A stretch of DNA of 63,618 bases, counting the filler, from Globobulimina sp. (lineage: Eukaryota), in the NCBI GenBank assembly GCA_003354225.1. It is 24 parts of 24 records of this genome, joined end to end, with 100 filler letters (N's around TTAATTAATTAA, not from the genome) between each part and the next. Parts side by side here need not be neighbours in the genome. Positions count along the whole stretch, not along the records: positions 55,757 to 58,310 come from PIVH01006015.1; positions 58,411 to 60,964 come from PIVH01006016.1; positions 61,065 to 63,618 come from PIVH01006017.1; 21 more parts are not named here. One strand, written 5' to 3'. Under the pieces are notes generated by a model. That model was not told the origin of the DNA. It saw nothing but the letters and a program-made list of their open reading frames with translations, and made no database searches. Positions 57,124-63,618 of the stretch are shown one piece after another. Within the stretch, counting starts at the first letter, position 1; each line of letters begins with the position of its first letter. A program made the position numbers and the translations under genes.

Positions 57124-58206
57124 ATGTCAATATTAAACAGTCAAAACAGCAAATTCATTTTGCATGAATATGACGAATCAAAACAACCACATACAGCGAC
57201 GTGGGATGCGATTGTTCATCAATGGATAAAGAATAAGGATAATTATTTAGAGCCGAAAATCGTTAATTTAATTGCAAACTTTTGGTGTAAAAATCATGAT
57301 TTAATTTTAAGAAAAGGTGAGTTAAAATCAGTAGTTTTAAACGCACAAAATAATGCTCACCATGAATATTATAATATATATTTGGATAGAAACTCCAAAT
57401 TAAAATTTGAAAATAATGATGCCAATCAAATGCAAATTAATATAATTGTTTACAATGACATTATTATCAATAAAAATGCACACTTATATATTATGGGAAA
57501 TAATACAAATATTCGTATCAAATGTTATGGTATGATGGTGAACCGAGGCAGAATAACGACAGATATAAATTGCGGTGATATTACCTTTCCAAATCATCCT
57601 TTAATTAATGCCAAATTTGATGTGATCGATATTATTTTACGAAAGTGCTTCACCAAAAACACAAATCAAATGAAGAATTCTGCGATTTTTATTTTAAAGA
57701 ATATTGCAAATAAATCATTACAATATAAATTAAAAAAATGCACATTTTCTAAGACCTTTTATAATATTTTGAATAGGATTGGCTTTGCTAATATTTTTAA
57801 TGATAAATACTATTTTCAACAACTTAATCATATGTTATTTAATTTAATTGAATGCGATTGGAACATAATTGTATACAATAAACATTTGGGCAACGACGTG
57901 CTTAGTTTTATGATGGAAACGGTTCAAATGACGTTCACAAAATGGAATATTACGCCAAAATTCTGGCTGGTTTTAAAACAATTTTGTACCGCAATAAAAT
58001 ACGGTCAATCATGTTACTTACCGAAACTACTAAAAATATGTAGTATTGTTATTCAACATTACAATGAGACCATATTAAAAAATGTATTTTCAATCTATTC
58101 AGATTTAACACAAATAAATGAAGAATCTAATATCTTTGAGCTGGATTTAGTGATAAATGGTAGTCAATTTATTGATAAGTATAACAACGTTAAGCGCAAC
58201 AAGTAA
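57124..58206 (+). CDS. Hypothetical protein
   Basis: About 360-aa ORF with a beta-rich N-terminal half and a helical C-terminal half. Confidence 0.55.
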   Translation: MSILNSQNSKFILHEYDESKQPHTATWDAIVHQWIKNKDNYLEPKIVNLIANFWCKNHDLILRKGELKSVVLNAQNNAHHEYYNIYLDRNSKLKFENNDANQMQINIIVYNDIIINKNAHLYIMGNNTNIRIKCYGMMVNRGRITTDINCGDITFPNHPLINAKFDVIDIILRKCFTKNTNQMKNSAIFILKNIANKSLQYKLKKCTFSKTFYNILNRIGFANIFNDKYYFQQLNHMLFNLIECDWNIIVYNKHLGNDVLSFMMETVQMTFTKWNITPKFWLVLKQFCTAIKYGQSCYLPKLLKICSIVIQHYNETILKNVFSIYSDLTQINEESNIFELDLVINGSQFIDKYNNVKRNK

Positions 58207-58507
58207 ATTAAAAGTGGCGTTTATTGCACCTTTTGAAAATGATAATGTTGCCCAGAACGGAGTTAAAATTAAAATACAAAAAAATGTTGATGGTGGTGGA
58301 TGGGTTGATGNNNNNNNNNNNNNNNNNNNNNNNNNNNNNNNNNNNNNNNNNNNNTTAATTAATTAANNNNNNNNNNNNNNNNNNNNNNNNNNNNNNNNNN
58401 NNNNNNNNNNATTGCAACGGGTCAAATATACAGAATTTATGAAATATAAATAGCAAATATAAAATTTTCGGGATAAATGGTTCAGCGAAGCTGAACGGGT
58501 TGACTAG

Positions 58508-60964
58508 TTACCTAAAAGTCCTCGACCCGCTTCCCCTGAGGAACCGGCTCCACAGGGCCCCCATCGAAGGCGTCCCCATTTATTGTTGAGAAGTGACGCA
58601 CCCTCACTCCGACCCCAAACATCTACTAGTCCGATTGCTTCTGTAGCTCAAGGAAACCCAGATGGTTACGACCATGGTGTTCCATCTAAATTGACTGTTC
58701 ACAGATCCGGACCAGAGTCTACTCTTACTCGATCTGAGAGCGGAAGGGATAAAATTCAGCCCAAGATTCGTGCTTCGACGAAGTACTTGGCCAATATCCC
58801 TCCTCCTCCGCCTAGACCCCGTGTCCCACTAGTGACAATTACTCCAGGAGATACCCGACGTGGCGCGGCAGCCCCGCCCGCTACCGTCACTCCCGCAGTA
58901 GTCACAGTGCAGGAAGACGCTTTAAGTCGAGCAGCTCGATGTACTTCCATGATTATAGAACAATTTCAGTTAAACCCTTCAGTGATAACCTCTCCGACCC
59001 TTACGGTCGAGGGAACGTCTGACCCAATTCCCGTAACTCCGGCTGTTACTTCTACTCCATCTCACCCTATGTTTCCCCGAACGGTTGCTTACGGATCTCT
59101 TGGTAGTGGCGCCAGCGGCTACACAGCCCCGGTGACCACTAGTACATCTCGACCCATTCCTGAGCCCGTTCTTGATGTCGATGATATTAATGACTACCCT
59201 CAACCACTTCGACTTGGCGGTCGTGGTGAACCGAAGGATACCCCCGCCGCACCGCAGCCTGGGAAAGGTATCCCTCCCCCACTGACCCCACGCGATAAAT
59301 TCCGACTCGGTATTGATCCCGTCAAGTATCCAGAACCACAAATTATGGATTGGCGAACCGAGAAACGCCCTATGGACCCCCTAGCCTACTTGACTAGAGC
59401 GAGAGACTTGCCCCAGCATCATGTGACTGCTGTGGACTCTCAGACTCGCCAAGAATTACCCTCCTCTGCTGGTACATTAATACCGCAGGGAAGTGGGGTG
59501 GCTCTCACCGCGCCCCAATTCATTTCAACTATGGAATCTATCCAACCGACTGGGACCACGCAAGCATATGCTAATGCTGGTCAAAGACAACAAAGTGATG
59601 CAACAATATCGGAACGTGATTGGACTCAAGCGACAACCACGGCTCCACCTGTATACCGTAATAATACAGTGGTGACCCTTAGTGTGGCACCCACTTCCAC
59701 TACTCCTTCTACTCTAGCACGAGGCCAACTCAGTGCATCCACCCTTCAACCTAAGACACGTGGCACTGGCCCCGCTTTTGCGGAACAGTCCCGCGATGTC
59801 CTCCCTCAGCGCCTTCGGACCTCTAGAGGAATTCCTCCTCGAGTTAATCCTGACCTCGCGACCCCCGCCGCGCCCATTGAAACCCAAAACCTTCCCCCTG
59901 TGTGCAGAAATGATGTAGGTAGTTATGTTACTCCTGTTGTTACTGTATCCACACCGGGTGGAGATGTATTTCAAAATGAAGAACGACGGCGAAGGGAACA
60001 AGAATACGATGAGGAACAACGAAAAGCCCGTGCCATTTTCTTCGCTCAATTGGATGTCAACCTTGGTTTACCTGCCAGTCAAACACCATCACATCCTCCA
60101 CCGGCCTCAAGTCATTCAACAACGACCTCCGTCCCTGATCCTTCCCCGGTGGACTCCCCGGCGGAACATTGGCTCCCTGGTCTTGCTCGAACAAGCAATC
60201 AATATCATCAGGGATCCCAGGAAATCAACTCTTCAAAGTCTTCCTATCGGGATTCACGATCTCAAGAATCTCGGTGGGGTAGACCTCGTTTCCAAGATCC
60301 ACCACGTCGGAACTTTCCAACATCCGGCCAGTATGCAGCTCGTATTCAAGAATCTTCGTCTCGGGGTGCCCGCTTTCAAGGACCCCCACCTCAAGGTTCC
60401 TGCTATCAAAGACCTTCGTCTCGGGGCGTCCGCTTTCAAGGGCCCCCGCGTCAAGACTTCCGTTTTCGAGGACCTTCGTCTCAAGGCGTCCGTTTTCAAG
60501 GACCCCCACTTCAAGGTCCCCAGTATTCACGACCTTTAACTCCAAGGACCCGATTTCAAGGGCCCCCTCTTCAAGGACCAAACTATCAACAACCATTATC
60601 TCAAATTAACCGTCCTCCAGGTCCACGTTATCAAGGACCAAATCCCATCCAGAAGAGCTCTCGAAGACCACGATCAACTCGTAACTCAGCTTATAAAACC
60701 CGTCACCGATATTGACGACGCCGAGGAGCAGCCGAAATTGCTGTCGCCCAACGTCTCCAACTTTACTTTCCAATTCGGACTGATGCGGAATTTCAAGCTC
60801 ATTACACGATGGACCATGCGGCCAGAAAAGAACTTTTCATCGAAGCCGACCGAGTCCTCCTGGAATGGGGCATTGAACAATTTCGTTATATTCGCCGTTC
60901 CCTTCCTAGTCCTCCGAGCCAAGCTTTGAACTTATTCGAGGACATTATTTTACCTGCTGGTCCA
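58508..60964 (+). CDS. Long Pro/Thr/Ser-rich ORF with frameshifts near its end; possibly a retroelement gag-like ORF
   Basis: About 50% GC, no intron apparent, 735 open codons without an early ATG; continues in other frames after 60715. Confidence 0.35.
60355..60590 (+). repeat. 60-bp coding tandem repeat (20-aa SSRGVRFQGPPxQ unit), about 4 copies
   Basis: cttcgtctc...cgctttcaagg.cccc..ctcaag recurs every 60 bp. Confidence 0.85.
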
Positions 60965-61291
60965 NNNNNNNNNNNNNNNNNNNNNNNNNNNNNNNNNNNN
61001 NNNNNNNNTTAATTAATTAANNNNNNNNNNNNNNNNNNNNNNNNNNNNNNNNNNNNNNNNNNNNTCATTCGTAAATATCTCCGATCAGTACACTGTATTT
61101 GGTTGGTTGCAATTGCACGTTCATTTGTGAGTTGTTATTTGTTTTTTTTATCCAATTTTTAAAACTAAGGCACCATTTATAAACTGAACGTTTCTAGACC
61201 AAAAAAGATTCATTTTTTTTTAAACGTCTACAACCCAAAAAAGGATATAATTAATTTAATTACAACGCAAAAAAGAACTTCATCAATTTTA

Positions 61292-63618
61292 TTATATCTC
61301 AATATGTTCAGCACCCGGTTCATCGCTTAAAAATCTATACAACACTTTCTCGTCTTTGAACTCACGATCAGTAGTTACATTTTTGATAACATTGGCAGAT
61401 AATAACATTTTCCCTAAACTCACTCCTTCCTGTCGCGATTTACAAATGTTCACTTTCAACATAAATGTGACTGCCTCCTTACCAACAAAGCATTTACGAT
61501 ACGTATTGAACATAAACCTCCTGTCTTTTATTTCTAATCCTTTTTTTAATTTAACTGCGAGCTCCTCCAATAACTCCTGATCCGTTTCGTCCTTTTCCTC
61601 AGCTTCAAAATCTGGATATATCGTATCACTAAATTGCAACGCCGCGACCGCAATATTCTCATCAAGCACATTTACAGTGGTTACTTTACTTAGAATCACA
61701 TCATTGTCATCATTAATATCCACACTTTTGTCGTTATTCAATTGCATTCGCGGCTGTTTATTCCCATATATTGCCTCTTGATACACCGCAACGTCTTCAT
61801 CCATCTCATCAAAGGTCTTCTTTCTCTTTTTCTTTTTACTTTTTTTTAATATTTTTTTATTTATAGCTCCTAATTTTCTGTTTAAACAAACAATATCATC
61901 TTCCAACACTGCCATATTTATCAAAATATTCATTCTTTTGCCGGGATTATTTGGCAACGACATTTTCCGCACAGAATCCAACTCTTTTTCTTTTTTTTTA
62001 ATATCATGCTCCATACTTTTCCTTTCTGTCAATAAATTATTTGCGGCAGCATGCCGTTTAAAAGTAAATCGGTCTCTTTTTTTGTTATCCAAAGCTTCCA
62101 AATCCAAACCGAAGGGATTATTCGATTTATTTTTACCTTTTCCACTTTCAATGATCGTATGGCGTTTGATCAACCTCTCCGTTTCCAGTTTTTTCAAATA
62201 TTCCACATTATCCATGATACTCTGATCCGTATTAATCACAGTTTCCTTCTCCTCCTCGTCACCGTTTACAAGTGTGGCAGTTCGCAGTATCTGGTCAACA
62301 GACACCTCGCTTTTATGATTATTCATTTTGCTGTTTACATTTTCAACTGCAACTGGTTCCTGTTTACATTTTCGAAACGTGATTTTCAACGGCAACACAG
62401 TCGCATATTTGCTTTTAAATATGTTATACACTTGGCGGGAACCTAGGTTTTCCACCATTTCCTGTTCAAATTTAACAACACTGCTACCACGCAGCACATT
62501 GCTATCCGCAACGCTGTGCTTTGTAACATCAGTAATATGAATGTTCTTTTTGTCCGGAGTGTGCTCGAAGGTTAAGCCAAATGGCTTTGACGTAAACTCA
62601 AACGAATATATATCATCTTCATCTTCATCATCATCATCACTCTCATCGTCCTCATGCAGTATTTGTTCATTTTCCTCGTCAATTGCAACATTTTGCTGAT
62701 TATTGATATTTATAATATCGATTTGCTGCGCTAATTTATGATTTTCTTCCGTTAATTTTTGTGTTCGAGCTTCCAACTCGATTTTTAATCGTTCGATTTC
62801 GTCATCTTTTGCACATATTTCGTCATTTTGAGCAGCAATAATTTGATCATGATCCGACTTTAATTCATTTATGTCCATTTCATATTGATTTAGTCTCGAT
62901 TTTAGCTCTTTTAATTCAGTTTGGAGCTGTACTATTTTTTTATCTTTGTCTGCCAATGTTTTGTCCAATTGAGTCATTTCTTGCTGGTTTACATTTAATT
63001 GCTTATGTTGCGCATTTATAATAAGCTGTGAGTTTTGCGAGCTTTGTTTTAATTTATTAATTTCTTGAATCAATGCAGCGGTTTCTTCAGTTACATCGTT
63101 GTGTAACTCTTTAAATTTTGACAACTCTGCATTCAATGTGGTCGCTTCGAAATGTTGATTCTTTGTAATATCTTCCAATCGCATTTTAAAGTCTTTATTG
63201 CGATGCTTTAAAGATCTTACTTCGGATTTCAACGCTTCATTGTCATCTTCCATGTCGTTTATATTTCTGTTAAATTCATTTTGCTGCATTTGATATTCAA
63301 CAATCTGAGTCTCCATTTTATTGCGTTGAGTTTCATATTCTTCTAACTTCCCAACCATTTGCTGCCGATTCTGTTCACATTTAACATTTCCAGCTTTCAA
63401 CTCATTATTCTGCTCATCCAGTTGGTTTATTTTATGTTTATACTGTTCGATTTGTTCCAATAACTTTGCAGTGGGATCAAAAATAGAAACAGATTCTGAC
63501 ATAGAATATGACGAACTGCGCATATCCACCGATGCTGTTCGTTCACTCTTCAATTCCAACTGTAATTTTGTATTTTCTTTCCGCAATTTGCCTATCAATA
63601 CCTTCAATTCATTGTTAT
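61292..63618 (-). CDS. Coiled-coil protein with a PDZ-like domain and a C-terminal DEP domain, 5'-partial
   Basis: Long heptad region; FTSKPFGLTF...LPLKITF (PDZ-like, about 62370-62610); IKDRRFMFNTYRKCFVGKEAVTFM...GVSLGKMLL...FKDEKVLYRF (DEP). Confidence 0.85.
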   Translation of the reverse strand, partial: NNELKVLIGKLRKENTKLQLELKSERTASVDMRSSSYSMSESVSIFDPTAKLLEQIEQYKHKINQLDEQNNELKAGNVKCEQNRQQMVGKLEEYETQRNKMETQIVEYQMQQNEFNRNINDMEDDNEALKSEVRSLKHRNKDFKMRLEDITKNQHFEATTLNAELSKFKELHNDVTEETAALIQEINKLKQSSQNSQLIINAQHKQLNVNQQEMTQLDKTLADKDKKIVQLQTELKELKSRLNQYEMDINELKSDHDQIIAAQNDEICAKDDEIERLKIELEARTQKLTEENHKLAQQIDIININNQQNVAIDEENEQILHEDDESDDDDEDEDDIYSFEFTSKPFGLTFEHTPDKKNIHITDVTKHSVADSNVLRGSSVVKFEQEMVENLGSRQVYNIFKSKYATVLPLKITFRKCKQEPVAVENVNSKMNNHKSEVSVDQILRTATLVNGDEEEKETVINTDQSIMDNVEYLKKLETERLIKRHTIIESGKGKNKSNNPFGLDLEALDNKKRDRFTFKRHAAANNLLTERKSMEHDIKKKEKELDSVRKMSLPNNPGKRMNILINMAVLEDDIVCLNRKLGAINKKILKKSKKKKRKKTFDEMDEDVAVYQEAIYGNKQPRMQLNNDKSVDINDDNDVILSKVTTVNVLDENIAVAALQFSDTIYPDFEAEEKDETDQELLEELAVKLKKGLEIKDRRFMFNTYRKCFVGKEAVTFMLKVNICKSRQEGVSLGKMLLSANVIKNVTTDREFKDEKVLYRFLSDEPGAEHIEI

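Noticed and set aside
58478-58495. LTR primer-binding site (TGGTTCAGCG...) upstream of the Pro-rich ORF
   Set aside because: I cannot match it to a tRNA 3' end and no LTR pair is visible.

Overview
This window is not one locus. It is 24 unrelated contigs of 2554-2557 bp, sorted by decreasing length and joined by 100-nt N44-TTAATTAATTAA-N44 linkers. Most contigs look like an AT-rich, gene-dense protist genome, which I infer to be foraminiferan/rhizarian. They have short GT-AG introns (mostly 55-130 nt) with A-rich 3' ends and head-to-head genes only about 60-130 bp apart. Recognisable genes: dihydrolipoamide dehydrogenase, TPMT-like methyltransferase, Golgi-type sulfotransferase (missed by the ORF track), S10 carboxypeptidase, RhoGAP, TRMT2A, RPA12, alpha-carbonic anhydrase, LRR protein, GT25, M18 aspartyl aminopeptidase, UBA-RING E3 ligase, poly(A) polymerase, an MRH-domain protein and a DEP-domain protein. 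Two contigs (15938-18492, 42487-45040) look animal/nematode-like, with single RTK or ABCA exons among repeats. Three contigs switch abruptly into bacterial DNA (Ada/AraC, GntR-FCD, a myxobacterial-type Cys repeat), which is typical of whole-genome-amplification chimeras. The best candidate for an undescribed system is an intronless protein fusing a RelA/SpoT-like (alarmone-synthetase-fold) nucleotidyltransferase domain to C-terminal ankyrin repeats (31868-34036). Other leads: a tyrosine-recombinase fragment between 221-bp inverted repeats, a 39-nt acceptor-plus-T-arm mini-tRNA with a T9 terminator, a type I membrane protein with a cytoplasmic carbonic anhydrase domain, and a receptor family with a shared cytoplasmic tail. 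All family calls come from reading motifs by eye; no database search was run.
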